Below are positions 36,387 through 45,524 of a stretch of DNA of 64,000 nucleotides, piece by piece. The translations under genes were made by a program, and so were the position numbers. Below the pieces are notes generated by a model. It was not told the origin of the DNA, did not search any database, and was given only the letters and a program-made list of their open reading frames with translations. Origin of the DNA: Candidatus Omnitrophota bacterium (lineage in GTDB: Bacteria > Omnitrophota > Gorgyraeia > Gygaellales > Profunditerraquicolaceae); assembly GCA_026387265.1 (NCBI GenBank), contig JAPLLZ010000029.1, positions 1,064-65,063 on the forward strand. The letters run 5' to 3'. Within the stretch, counting starts at the first letter, position 1. Each line of letters starts with the position of its first letter.

Positions 36387-37442
36387 ATGGATATTCGCAC
36401 AATAGACTGGAAAAATAATAAGATCAGGATTATTGATCAAACTAAATTACCGCTTAAATTATTATATATTAATATTGATCACTTGGAAGATCTCTGGCAA
36501 GCAATTAAAATTATGCAGGTGCGTGGTGCTCCGGCTTTAGGGGCAGCTGCCGGATTAGGAATGTATTTAGGGATAAAAGATTATATTTGTTCCGATTGGG
36601 GAAAATTTAGCCGGAAATTAAATTCAGTAGCCAAATATCTTGCCAGTAGCCGTCCGACCGCCAGAAATTTATTCTGGGGGATAGAAAGAATATTGGCAGT
36701 TGCATCGGCCCATAAAAATCAACCAATTACTAAGATTAAGCAGGCGATATTGGCGGATGCAAAGTTAATTATGCAGGAAGATGCGTTTTCCTGTCGCAAG
36801 ATTGGTGCTTATGGAGCCAGACTGTTTAAAAATAATAATAAGGTTCTAACTATCTGTAATGCCGGAATATTGGCAACCATTGATTATGGTACTGCTTTGG
36901 GGGTTGTTTATACTGCTGTCAGTCAAGGAAAGAAGGTAGAAGTTTTCTGTTGTGAAACACGGCCTTTGCTGCAGGGGGCACGTTTAACCACATGGGAATT
37001 GAATAAACAAGGTATAGATGTTACTTTAATTGCTGATAATACTGCTGCTAAATTAATGCAAGAGAATCAGGTGGATATGGTGATTACCGGCGCAGACCGT
37101 ATTGCTGCCAATGGTGATACTGCTAATAAAATAGGTAGTTTTAATCTGGCTGTCTTAGCTAAATATCATAATATACCTTTTTATGTTGCTGCACCAAAAA
37201 GTACCTTTGATTTGGCAATCAGGGATAAGTCTGGTATAAAGATTGAGCTGCGTAAAGATCAGGAAGTATCCAGTATATTATTTAAAAAAGAGATTGCCCC
37301 GAAAAATGCCAAAGTACTGAATCCTGCTTTTGATGTTATCCCGCATCAATTAATTAGCGGTATTATTACTGATCAAGGAGTCATTCAGATGCCATATTTG
37401 CAGAATATCAGAAAAATATTAGGGAAAAATAAATGCGGATAA
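36387..37442 (+). CDS. mtnA: S-methyl-5-thioribose-1-phosphate isomerase (eIF-2B-related family)
   Basis: 351 aa; MQVRGAPALGAAAG and GADRIAANGDTANKIG family motifs. Confidence 0.8.
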   Translation: MDIRTIDWKNNKIRIIDQTKLPLKLLYINIDHLEDLWQAIKIMQVRGAPALGAAAGLGMYLGIKDYICSDWGKFSRKLNSVAKYLASSRPTARNLFWGIERILAVASAHKNQPITKIKQAILADAKLIMQEDAFSCRKIGAYGARLFKNNNKVLTICNAGILATIDYGTALGVVYTAVSQGKKVEVFCCETRPLLQGARLTTWELNKQGIDVTLIADNTAAKLMQENQVDMVITGADRIAANGDTANKIGSFNLAVLAKYHNIPFYVAAPKSTFDLAIRDKSGIKIELRKDQEVSSILFKKEIAPKNAKVLNPAFDVIPHQLISGIITDQGVIQMPYLQNIRKILGKNKCG

Positions 37443-38329
37443 GTGATCTTGGCGAATTTGAGTTAATTAAAAGGTTTAAGAAGAAGATCAGAACTAATTC
37501 TTCTGTGGTTGAAGGCAGCGGGGATGATTGTGCGGTATTAAAATTTGATAAAAATAGCTACCAATTGTTAACTTGCGACATGATCGTAGAAGGGGTGGAT
37601 TTTTACAAAACTGATAATCTTCGCTTGGTAGGCGCTAAAGCTTTAGGAATCTCTATCAGCGATATTTCTGCCTGCGGAGGAGTGCCTAAGCACGCGGTAG
37701 TGTCATTAGGGTTACCTAAAAATATGTTGGTGAGTCAGGTAGATTTATTGGCAAGAGGGCTATTTGATATGGCCGGTAGGTTTGATATTAATGTTGTTGG
37801 AGGAGATATTTCGGCTTCTGGCAAGCTTGTTATTGATGTAAGCCTATTGGGAGAAGTGGAGAAGAATAACCTTTGTTTGCGCCGGGGAGCAAAAACCGGT
37901 GATATTATTATGGTAACTGGTGAATTCGGCGGCTCGATCAAAGGCAAACATTTAAAATTTACTCCGCGTTTAAAAGAAGCGCGGTTTTTAGTAAATAATT
38001 TTAAGATTAATTCCATGATCGATGTTTCCGACGGTCTGGTGCAGGATTTAGGACATATTTTAAAACAAAGTTTAGTAGGGGCAGTTTTATATGAAAGCCT
38101 TATTCCTCTAAGCAAACAGGCAAAAAACAGCCAGGATGCTCTTTGTTCGGGTGAAGAATTTGAGCTTCTTTTTACTGCCACCAGAGAAGAGGCAAGTAAA
38201 ATTATCAAAAGTACTAAATATCGTTTTAAAGTTATTGGTGAAATTATGCCGGAATCATTCGGCTTAAGGCTGATTAATTATAAAAACAGGTATTCCCGAT
38301 TTAAATTAAAAGGGTACCAACATTTCTAA
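37433..38329 (+). CDS. thiL: Thiamine-monophosphate kinase
   Basis: AIR-synthase-like fold, GEFELIKRF... GDDCAVL N-terminal motif. Confidence 0.8.
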   Translation: MRISDLGEFELIKRFKKKIRTNSSVVEGSGDDCAVLKFDKNSYQLLTCDMIVEGVDFYKTDNLRLVGAKALGISISDISACGGVPKHAVVSLGLPKNMLVSQVDLLARGLFDMAGRFDINVVGGDISASGKLVIDVSLLGEVEKNNLCLRRGAKTGDIIMVTGEFGGSIKGKHLKFTPRLKEARFLVNNFKINSMIDVSDGLVQDLGHILKQSLVGAVLYESLIPLSKQAKNSQDALCSGEEFELLFTATREEASKIIKSTKYRFKVIGEIMPESFGLRLINYKNRYSRFKLKGYQHF

Positions 38330-38796
38330 TGGAAAAAATATCTGCATCGGTTAATCAGACATTAAAATTAGGTAGGGTTATTGCTGGTTGCCTTACTGGC
38401 GGAGAGATTATCCTTTTAGATGGACAATTGGGGGCAGGTAAAACCGTCTTAGCTAAAGGAATTGCTCAGGGGTTAGGGATTAATAAAAATGATGTGGTTA
38501 GCCCGACCTTTGTTTTGTTGCGCATATATCAGGGAAAACATTTATTGCAACATTTTGATTTTTATCGTATTAATTCACCGGAGGATATTTTTGCTTTAGG
38601 TTATCAAGAATATCTGTATTCTGATGCGGTGACGGTTATTGAATGGCCGCAGCGGTTGAAATTCCTCTTGCCAAAGGAATTTTTAAAGATTAAGCTATTT
38701 ACTAAAGCCAGAAATAAAAGGTGTTTTAAGTTTTTGGCAAAAGGCTCCGGATATAAGAAATTATTAGAAAGGATTAATGAAAATACTCGGGATTGA
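38329..38796 (+). CDS. tsaE: tRNA t6A37 biosynthesis ATPase TsaE
   Basis: P-loop DGQLGAGKTVLAKG, SPTFVL, HFDFYR motifs. Confidence 0.85.
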   Translation: MEKISASVNQTLKLGRVIAGCLTGGEIILLDGQLGAGKTVLAKGIAQGLGINKNDVVSPTFVLLRIYQGKHLLQHFDFYRINSPEDIFALGYQEYLYSDAVTVIEWPQRLKFLLPKEFLKIKLFTKARNKRCFKFLAKGSGYKKLLERINENTRD

Positions 38797-39451
38797 TACT
38801 ACGACGGCGCGTCTTTGTTTAGGTTTGCATGTAGACGGTAAGTTCTATGAATACAGCCTGGAAACTGGGCGGAATCTTTCGGCGCTGTTGGTTCCAACTA
38901 TCCAGCGGGTGCTTAGTGCTGTAGGATTAAAAGTATCCGACATTGATTATTTTGCCTGCGGTTTAGGGCCAGGGTCTTTTACTGGAATCCGTATTGGTTT
39001 AGCTACGATTAAAGGGTTAAGTGTGATAAAAAATAAGCCGGTTATTGGAATCTCAACATTAGATATTCTGGCTAAGAATGCGCAGCTAGATGATCGTTTA
39101 ATCATTACTGCGGTAGATGCCAGAAGATCGCTTATTTACTGCAGTTCTTATAGGCACGTACAGGGAAAGTTGCAGCGTAAGAGTGCATATGCGCTACTTA
39201 GTTTAGATGAGTTAATTGAAAGATTCCCCGGCAAGTCGGTAATTTTGGGAGATGCTGTAGCTTTGTATGGTGATGCATTATTGGCGCGTATAAAGAATAC
39301 ATCTGTTTTAGATAAAGATTATTGGACTCCGCAGGCACACAATCTTATGGAACTGGCGTTGGACAGGATTAAAACTAAACAATTTTCTTCGGCTTTGGCG
39401 ATTAAACCCATTTATTTATATCCTAAAGAATGCCAAATAAAAACGCGATAG
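38777..39451 (+). CDS. tsaB: tRNA t6A37 biosynthesis protein TsaB
   Basis: MKILGIDTTT and GPGSFTGIRIG motifs. Confidence 0.8.
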   Translation: MKILGIDTTTARLCLGLHVDGKFYEYSLETGRNLSALLVPTIQRVLSAVGLKVSDIDYFACGLGPGSFTGIRIGLATIKGLSVIKNKPVIGISTLDILAKNAQLDDRLIITAVDARRSLIYCSSYRHVQGKLQRKSAYALLSLDELIERFPGKSVILGDAVALYGDALLARIKNTSVLDKDYWTPQAHNLMELALDRIKTKQFSSALAIKPIYLYPKECQIKTR

Positions 39452-40551
39452 GCTATCGGCCCACCTGGGCGGAAGTCAACCTAAATTGTCTGGAGCATAA
39501 TTTTAAAGAGGTTAAGTCTCTTCTGCGTCCTGAAATTAAAGTTTTGGTTACCGTAAAAGCCGATGCTTATGGGCATGGTTTAATTCCGGTAGCCAGGAAA
39601 TTAGTTGCCTGTGGTTTGGGTTATTTAGGGGTTGCCTCTATAGATGAAGGGATAAAATTAAGAAGAGCCGGAATTAAAAAACCGATTTTACTTTTAGGGT
39701 TAGTTCTTAAAGAAGATATCAGCCCGCTTTTTACTTATCAGCTTATTCCTGCAGTTTGCGACCTTCAGTTAGCCTGTGCTATTAGTGTTAAAGCTCAAAT
39801 GCTTAGGCAGGTTATGCCGGTGCATATCAAAATCGATACCGGGATGGGCAGGATCGGGGTTTTGCCCAAGGAAGCCTTTAAATTAGTAACGGATATTCAC
39901 AAACTAAAGAATATACAGATCCAGGGGATTTTTACGCATTTTCCTCTTGCGGATTCCGACCGTAAATTTACTGCCAGGCAAATCAGTATATTTGATAAAT
40001 TAGTTGTGGATTTAAAAAATAGCGGGATAGGGATTCCTCTGGTGCATGCTGCCAATAGTATTGGTTTAATTAACCATCGTAACAGCCATTTTACGATGGT
40101 TAGGCCGGGATTGGTAATTTATGGTTTGTATCCTAAGAAAAATTTAGGCTTAAAATTGAAGCCGGTGTTGAGTCTTAAAACCCGCGTAGTTTTCATTAAA
40201 CAAGTTGGCTCGCATGTCGGTATAAGTTATGGGTTAACTTATGTAACGGCGCGGCCAACGCGGATTGTTACTTTGCCTATCGGTTATGGTGATGGTTACC
40301 CGCGCAATCTTTCCAATTTAGCCTGGCTTTTGATTGGTGGCCGGAGGTTTAGGGTTAGTGGTAGAGTTTGTATGGATCAAATTATGGTGGATGTCGGTAA
40401 TTTTAAGCCGAAAATCGGAGATGAGGTAGTCTTAATTGGTAAACAGGGTAAGCAACAAATTACCGCGGAAGAACTTGCGGAGTTATCCGGTACAATTTCC
40501 TATGAGATTGTTTGTGGTTTAGGGAGTAGAATTCCTAGGATTTATAGATAA
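39430..40551 (+). CDS. alr: Alanine racemase
   Basis: PLP-lysine motif VTVKADAYGHG, C-terminal beta domain (VCMDQIMVDV). Confidence 0.9.
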   Translation: MPNKNAIGYRPTWAEVNLNCLEHNFKEVKSLLRPEIKVLVTVKADAYGHGLIPVARKLVACGLGYLGVASIDEGIKLRRAGIKKPILLLGLVLKEDISPLFTYQLIPAVCDLQLACAISVKAQMLRQVMPVHIKIDTGMGRIGVLPKEAFKLVTDIHKLKNIQIQGIFTHFPLADSDRKFTARQISIFDKLVVDLKNSGIGIPLVHAANSIGLINHRNSHFTMVRPGLVIYGLYPKKNLGLKLKPVLSLKTRVVFIKQVGSHVGISYGLTYVTARPTRIVTLPIGYGDGYPRNLSNLAWLLIGGRRFRVSGRVCMDQIMVDVGNFKPKIGDEVVLIGKQGKQQITAEELAELSGTISYEIVCGLGSRIPRIYR

Positions 40552-40558
40552 CGAAAGC

Positions 40559-40674
40559 TTCGCCTCAGAATCTACACCAAAATTATCTGGAATTTTGGTG
40601 TATTCGGCGAAATTAATACGCAGACGGCCTAACGCCTACGACTTACGTCGCTTCCGCTTCCGTAAGTTGTCTGC
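40559..40674. repeat. Modular multi-hairpin repeat element, short copy (modules 1 and 4)
   Basis: Module 1 40559-40611 (TTCGCC / TCAGAATCT / stem ACACCAAAATT / ATTC / GGCGAA); module 4 40620-40674 (GCAGAC ... ACTTACG-N13-CGTAAGT ... GTCTGC); fills the spacer between convergent alr and lptG. Confidence 0.7.
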
Positions 40675-40677
40675 TTA

Positions 40678-41775
40678 TTAAGGTAGTTTTGAAATAAGAT
40701 AGAGGCTGCTGGATAGAATAATAATGTGGCTTAATGAAGCAGCCAGAATAGGCGTGATTAAACCGGATTTTCCTATAGCCAGGCAGATCGCATCCAGGAC
40801 ATAATAGAGAAAGCCCACGATAATTGAAACTCCGATAGAAGACATCCCCGTTGCGCGTTTACGCATCAGAAGAGAAAATGGTATTCCCAAAAGGATAATG
40901 ATGATACTGGTAAATGGTGAAGTGAAACGCTGATAAAGGTCGACCTTTAAATTCCTAATTACCGTAGTGGCTCCGCTTTTAGAGAGTATCCAGATATAGT
41001 CCTGCATTTGGCGGATATTCATTTGTTCCGGTTTTTGCCTTAAAGAGGCAAGATTTTCCGGGGTTTCCGGAATACTCATGATTTCTTCTTCCAAATAATT
41101 TGGCTCGTCAATTACCTGTCCATTGCTATCAAATTTATAAGTGATACTTTGCGAAAATCTCCACAGTCCATCTTGGTAGACTCCCCTAGTAGCGATGATT
41201 TTTTTAGTCAAATTCTGTTTTTCATCTTGCTCCAAAATGGTGATCCCTTCCATGGTTTTTGCAGCTGGTAAAAACCTGCTGATAAAAAATAATCTATTCC
41301 TCATACCGTAGAGCGTAAGGTTGGTGATTGCTTCATTTTTTTTAGGCTTACCTTTTGTGCCTTCTTCAATCTGGATTTTAATTTTTTGATTTTCGACAGA
41401 AGAGACAGGGACAAATCGGTCATTTACCCAGAATACTGCTAAGCTAATTAGTAAGCCAAAGATTAGGGCATTGCGGGCGATTTCAAATATACTTAAACCG
41501 CTTGAACGCATAGCAATAATTTCATTATTGTGGTTTAGTTTTCCGAAAGTATAAACCGTACTCAAGAGACAGGCAAAAGGGGAGACCTGCACAAACATAA
41601 TCGGCAGATATGAAACATAATAGCGTATCAGCAGCGCTAAGGTGGCTTGATGTTTTAATACTTCATCTAGATTAGAAAGTAGGTCGATAACGATATAAAG
41701 AAATAGAAATACAAAAATACAAGAAAAGAAAATATAAATAATTGATTTTAGGATATAGCGGTCTAAGATGCGCAT
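40678..41775 (-). CDS. lptG: LPS export ABC permease LptG
   Basis: LptF/LptG family: 6 TM with periplasmic insert; second of an overlapping pair. Confidence 0.8.
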   Translation of the reverse strand: MRILDRYILKSIIYIFFSCIFVFLFLYIVIDLLSNLDEVLKHQATLALLIRYYVSYLPIMFVQVSPFACLLSTVYTFGKLNHNNEIIAMRSSGLSIFEIARNALIFGLLISLAVFWVNDRFVPVSSVENQKIKIQIEEGTKGKPKKNEAITNLTLYGMRNRLFFISRFLPAAKTMEGITILEQDEKQNLTKKIIATRGVYQDGLWRFSQSITYKFDSNGQVIDEPNYLEEEIMSIPETPENLASLRQKPEQMNIRQMQDYIWILSKSGATTVIRNLKVDLYQRFTSPFTSIIIILLGIPFSLLMRKRATGMSSIGVSIIVGFLYYVLDAICLAIGKSGLITPILAASLSHIIILSSSLYLISKLP

Positions 41776-42866
41776 AGTTTATAGGTTAAATAACTTCCGA
41801 CACTGGCAAAGATAATATTGGGTAACCATATAGCCAGGGCTGCCGGTAAGGCTCCTTCCATGGCTAGTGCGGTTAAGCCGATATATAAAGGATAATAGCA
41901 GACAATAATTAATACGGCAATTCCGATATTAATGGATTTTTCGCGCCGGCGCGTAATAATCCCCAAAGAGGACCCTAAGAGCATAAAAACAAAGCAAGAA
42001 AAGGCTAAGGCTAGTTTCTCATGTATTTTGGTAATGAGCGGGGCGGGGCTAATGCCTTCAGATTTAAGTTTAGCCGCCTCTTTTTTTAACTCATGAATAG
42101 TCATTTCTTTATACTTCTTTTCTACAACTTTATCCTGCATTTGGGCCATGTCCAGATTCATAAAGTAAGTACGGAAATTAAGTTTATAAAAGTTAGTTGG
42201 GTTTTCCGGGTCAGGTTCGTCACTGGTCCCATCGATAAGTTTTAATTTTACAGTATTTTTCCCCGGCATAGTGATAAATTCTCCGGCTTTAGCGACAATC
42301 GTGCGGGTGGGCCGGTCTTCGCCCTGCGGCTCATAGATGCGGATGTTATTGAGCCGGTTTTTTTTCTGGTCGACATGGTAGATAAAGAGGATATATTTTT
42401 TGAAAGAATCAATAAATACTCCTTCTTCAAAAGCGGCAGTAGGATTTTTAATACCCATTTCCTGCAGGGTTTTGCGGTAAGCAAAATGAGAATATGACGC
42501 AGCTTGATCATTAAAAACTGCCAGGGCCAAACTTAAAGCTAAACCAATAATCAATAAGGGCAGCATTAATTTAAATAAGTTTATGCCGCTGGCGCGGATA
42601 GCGATTACTTCATTATCACCGCTTAATCTACCTAAAGCCAGCAATACTGCCACCAGGATTGATATCGGCAGGGTATAGGTGACGATATAAGGAGTAAGGT
42701 AAATAAAGATCTGGATTACGCTGAATATATCCACTCCTTTATTAATCACTAAATCCGCAATGCGTTTCAAATTACCGATAAGCACCATGACAAAGGTTAA
42801 TACTCCTAGAACTAATAGTAGCGGTCCGAAGAATTCCCTTAAGATGTAATTACGCAGGATTTTCAT
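41763..42866 (-). CDS. lptF: LPS export ABC permease LptF
   Basis: LptF/LptG family (MKILRNYILREFFGPLL...); first of the pair. Confidence 0.8.
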   Translation of the reverse strand: MKILRNYILREFFGPLLLVLGVLTFVMVLIGNLKRIADLVINKGVDIFSVIQIFIYLTPYIVTYTLPISILVAVLLALGRLSGDNEVIAIRASGINLFKLMLPLLIIGLALSLALAVFNDQAASYSHFAYRKTLQEMGIKNPTAAFEEGVFIDSFKKYILFIYHVDQKKNRLNNIRIYEPQGEDRPTRTIVAKAGEFITMPGKNTVKLKLIDGTSDEPDPENPTNFYKLNFRTYFMNLDMAQMQDKVVEKKYKEMTIHELKKEAAKLKSEGISPAPLITKIHEKLALAFSCFVFMLLGSSLGIITRRREKSINIGIAVLIIVCYYPLYIGLTALAMEGALPAALAIWLPNIIFASVGSYLTYKLCAS

Positions 42867-42868
42867 AG

Positions 42869-43536
42869 TTAACTAGCTAAAGTTAAAAAGAGCACTTTTC
42901 TGGCTCCGGCTGCCTTTAAACATTTGGCTGCCTCATTTGCGGTAGCGGCAGTGGTTAAGACATCATCAACAAGCAGTAAATTTGTATTATTAATTAATTC
43001 CGGTTTGGTGACCATAAAACATCCCTCAATATTGCGGCAACGTTGTTGAAAAGTAAACTCAGTTTGAGTTTTTGTAGGTTTGATACGTATGAGAACATTA
43101 GCTAAGACCCTCTTTCCGAATTCATTCGCTACTTCTTGGCTTAAAATTTCAGCTTGGTTAAATTCTCTTTCTCTTTTGCGGCTGCTATGTAGCGGTATAG
43201 GAATAATGAAATCAAGATGTTCAATTGGCAATTGGTAATCTTGGATAAAAGTATTCATTATTTTTCCCAAAGGTTTACCCAGGTAATCTTTACCGGAATA
43301 TTTAAATTCATGGATTAGTTTTTTTACAGAGCCGGAATATGCGCAAGGACTAAAGGCCCGGTCAAAATAGAAATCTTTTTTGTATTTCCCACAGCTTGGA
43401 CAAGTATTTTTTTCTATTGCTTCAGGGCTAAGGTGCCTGCCGCCTGTTGGTTAGGTGTCCGGATTATATTTTTACAAACTAAACAGCAGTTTGGATAAAA
43501 TAGATCCTTTAAGCCTTTTAATAACCCCCGCAACAT
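42869..43536 (-). pseudogene. comFC: ComFC-like phosphoribosyltransferase, frameshifted near the N-terminal zinc finger
   Basis: ATG 43536 opens MLRGLLKGLKDLFYPNCCLVCKNIIRTPNQQ... which stops at 43414. A second frame, open from 43450, reads ...EKNTCPSCGKYKKDFYFDRAFSPCAYSGSVKKLIHEFKYSGKDYLGKPLGKIMNTF... through the PRTase motif LLLVDDVLTTAAT to 42869. Confidence 0.6.
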
Positions 43537-43542
43537 AAAGAT

Positions 43543-43571
43543 ATAATATCAATGAAAATTACGTTTGTCAA
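43543..43571 (-). promoter_or_regulatory. Consensus promoter abutting the comFC ATG (leaderless geometry)
   Basis: Minus strand TTGACA (43571-43566), 17 nt, TATTAT (43548-43543), 6 nt, ATG 43536. Confidence 0.55.
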
Positions 43572-43576
43572 AGTAA

Positions 43577-43605
43577 TTGACAGTCAACTCTATCGATAGT
43601 AGAAT
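43577..43605 (+). promoter_or_regulatory. Consensus promoter abutting the pyrE ATG (leaderless geometry)
   Basis: TTGACA (43577-43582), 17 nt, TAGAAT (43600-43605), 7 nt, ATG 43613; the -35 is what the ORF track used as a TTG start. Confidence 0.6.
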
Positions 43606-43612
43606 AAAAACC

Positions 43613-44176
43613 ATGGAAAAGTTAAATTGTACGCAGTTAAAGCAGGAATTATTTAATTTATTAAACCAAGAGGCTTTAAAAAGAGGCAAATTTGTGCTTT
43701 CTTCAGGTAAGGAAAGTAACTATTACCTTGATGGGCGTATAATTACCTTGAGTCCGCAAGGGGGTTATTTGGTGGCTAACATTATTTTGGATATGCTCAA
43801 AGATGAAGCTTTAGATGCCATCGGCGGACCGACCTTAGGGGCTGATCCTATTGTGGGTGCTTTGGCAGCAGTAAGCTATATCAATAGGCATCCGGTGAAT
43901 ACTTTTATCGTGCGTAAGCAGGCCAAAGAACATGGAACGCAGCAGCAGGTAGAGGGGCCAGCTTTGAAAAAAGGAAGCCGGGTGGTTTTGGTTGATGATG
44001 TGGCTACCAGCGGTAAGGCGATTCTGGAGGCTAAACAGGCTTTGGATAAAATTGGAGTAATCGCCGAAAAGGCAATCGTGATTGTTGACCGCAACCAGGG
44101 CGCTGCTGAGAATTTAGCTAAAGCAGGATTAAAACTAGAGTCAATCTTTAAGATTACGGATTTCGGTTTAGGTTAG
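43613..44176 (+). CDS. pyrE: Orotate phosphoribosyltransferase
   Basis: PRPP-binding motif VVLVDDVATSGKA; about 187 aa from ATG 43613. Confidence 0.9.
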   Translation: MEKLNCTQLKQELFNLLNQEALKRGKFVLSSGKESNYYLDGRIITLSPQGGYLVANIILDMLKDEALDAIGGPTLGADPIVGALAAVSYINRHPVNTFIVRKQAKEHGTQQQVEGPALKKGSRVVLVDDVATSGKAILEAKQALDKIGVIAEKAIVIVDRNQGAAENLAKAGLKLESIFKITDFGLG

Positions 44177-44183
44177 GTGTTGC

Positions 44184-45434
44184 GTGAAAAACATAAAAAT
44201 TATAGTAGTAGGCGCTGGGCCATCAGGCATAATGGCGGCAATCCGGGCATGCTCTCTTGGCCAGGTTGTGCTTCTTCTGGAAAAAAAGAGCTCGCTGGGC
44301 AATAAACTTCTCCTTAGCGGCAAAGGCCGCTGCAATCTTACCAACACAGAAGACCTTCCTAATTTTCTAAAACGTTTCTCTAAAAACGGCGATTTTTTAA
44401 GAGATGCTTTTAAGAAATTTTTTAATCAAGAATTAATCTCTTTTTTTGAAGATCGCGGTTTAAAGTTAAAAGTTGAACGTCAACTGCGTGTATTTCCACA
44501 GAGTGATCGATCTGCCAGTATTCTTAAAGTGCTAGAAGATGAATTAGTTAAATTGGGTGTGCAGGTTATCTGTCGCAGTAAAGTTGTGGATGTTTTGGTT
44601 ACCGGCGGACAAGCCAAAGGAGTACGTTTAGAGAATGGCCAAAATATTCTTGGTGATTGCGTTATTTTAGCTTCTGGAGGCGCTAGTTATAGTTTCACTG
44701 GCTCTGATGCTTCGGGAATAAATATTGCTAAGAAGTTAGGGCATATGGTTGTACCCTTACGTGCGGGTTTAGTTGCGTTGGATGTAAAGCAAAGTTATGT
44801 TAAAAAGTTAGAAGGATTAACCTTGCGCAATATTAAACTTAAGTTTTCTGATGGAAAGCGGGAGATTGTTTCAGAGATTGGAGAGTTGGTTTTTACTGCC
44901 ACCGGGATATCCGGGCCGCTAGTGATTACTTTAAGCGGTAAAGTTATAGATTTAAAGACGTCGGATCAAACTGTATTTGTGGATATAGACTTAAAACCAG
45001 CCTTGTCTATTCAACAGCTGGATGCCCGTTTATTGAGGGAGTTTAAACTAAATTCCAAAAAAAGCATTAAGAATATGCTTAAAGAATTATTGCCTTTGCG
45101 CTTAATTATGGTTTTTGCTGACGCTGCCGGGATTGATCCGCTGAAAAAATGCAGCCAGGTTACGCAAAAGGAAAGAGAGAAGATCACTTCTTTACTTAAA
45201 GGTTTTCATTTGGAGATTTCCGGGTCACGGCCGATTGAAGAGGGTATGGTTACCCGCGGGGGAATAAGTTTAAAACAAATTGATCCGCGGACAATGGAGT
45301 CTCGTCTGGTTAAGGGGTTATATTTTTGCGGAGAGATGATTGATGTGGATGCAGATACTGGAGGATTTAATCTCCAGGCAGCTTTCTCAACCGGGTATCT
45401 GGCAGGAGAGAGTGCGGCGCTTAATGATAATTAA
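44184..45434 (+). CDS. FAD-dependent oxidoreductase (HI0933/BaiN-like family)
   Basis: IIVVGAGPSGIMAAI dinucleotide-binding motif, LSGKGRCNLTN, C-terminal GGFNLQAAFSTG. Confidence 0.8.
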   Translation: MKNIKIIVVGAGPSGIMAAIRACSLGQVVLLLEKKSSLGNKLLLSGKGRCNLTNTEDLPNFLKRFSKNGDFLRDAFKKFFNQELISFFEDRGLKLKVERQLRVFPQSDRSASILKVLEDELVKLGVQVICRSKVVDVLVTGGQAKGVRLENGQNILGDCVILASGGASYSFTGSDASGINIAKKLGHMVVPLRAGLVALDVKQSYVKKLEGLTLRNIKLKFSDGKREIVSEIGELVFTATGISGPLVITLSGKVIDLKTSDQTVFVDIDLKPALSIQQLDARLLREFKLNSKKSIKNMLKELLPLRLIMVFADAAGIDPLKKCSQVTQKEREKITSLLKGFHLEISGSRPIEEGMVTRGGISLKQIDPRTMESRLVKGLYFCGEMIDVDADTGGFNLQAAFSTGYLAGESAALNDN

Positions 45435-45439
45435 TAATT

Positions 45440-45513
45440 TATTTGCGGGTCCTGCCGCAGGAGCGCCTCTCGCCAAATTTGGCTCGAGGCATCTTGCGCG
45501 TCACCCGCAAATA
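45440..45513. repeat. GCGGG-TCCTG...CACCCGC nested-hairpin element, copy 2
   Basis: Outer stem TATTTGCGGG / CCCGCAAATA; inner TCCTG-CCG-CAGGA, GCCTC...GAGGC around the palindrome GCCAAATTTGGC. Confidence 0.6.
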
Positions 45514-45524
45514 AATAATATTCT

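Noticed and set aside
37735-38208. 157-aa antisense ORF inside thiL, and the many other 60-120-aa antisense ORFs in the track (e.g. 33938-34297, 21526-21858, 58318-58686, 48154-48462, 49810-50115)
   Set aside because: All lie fully within well-supported genes on the opposite strand and show no motifs. They are the shadow ORFs expected in an AT-rich genome.
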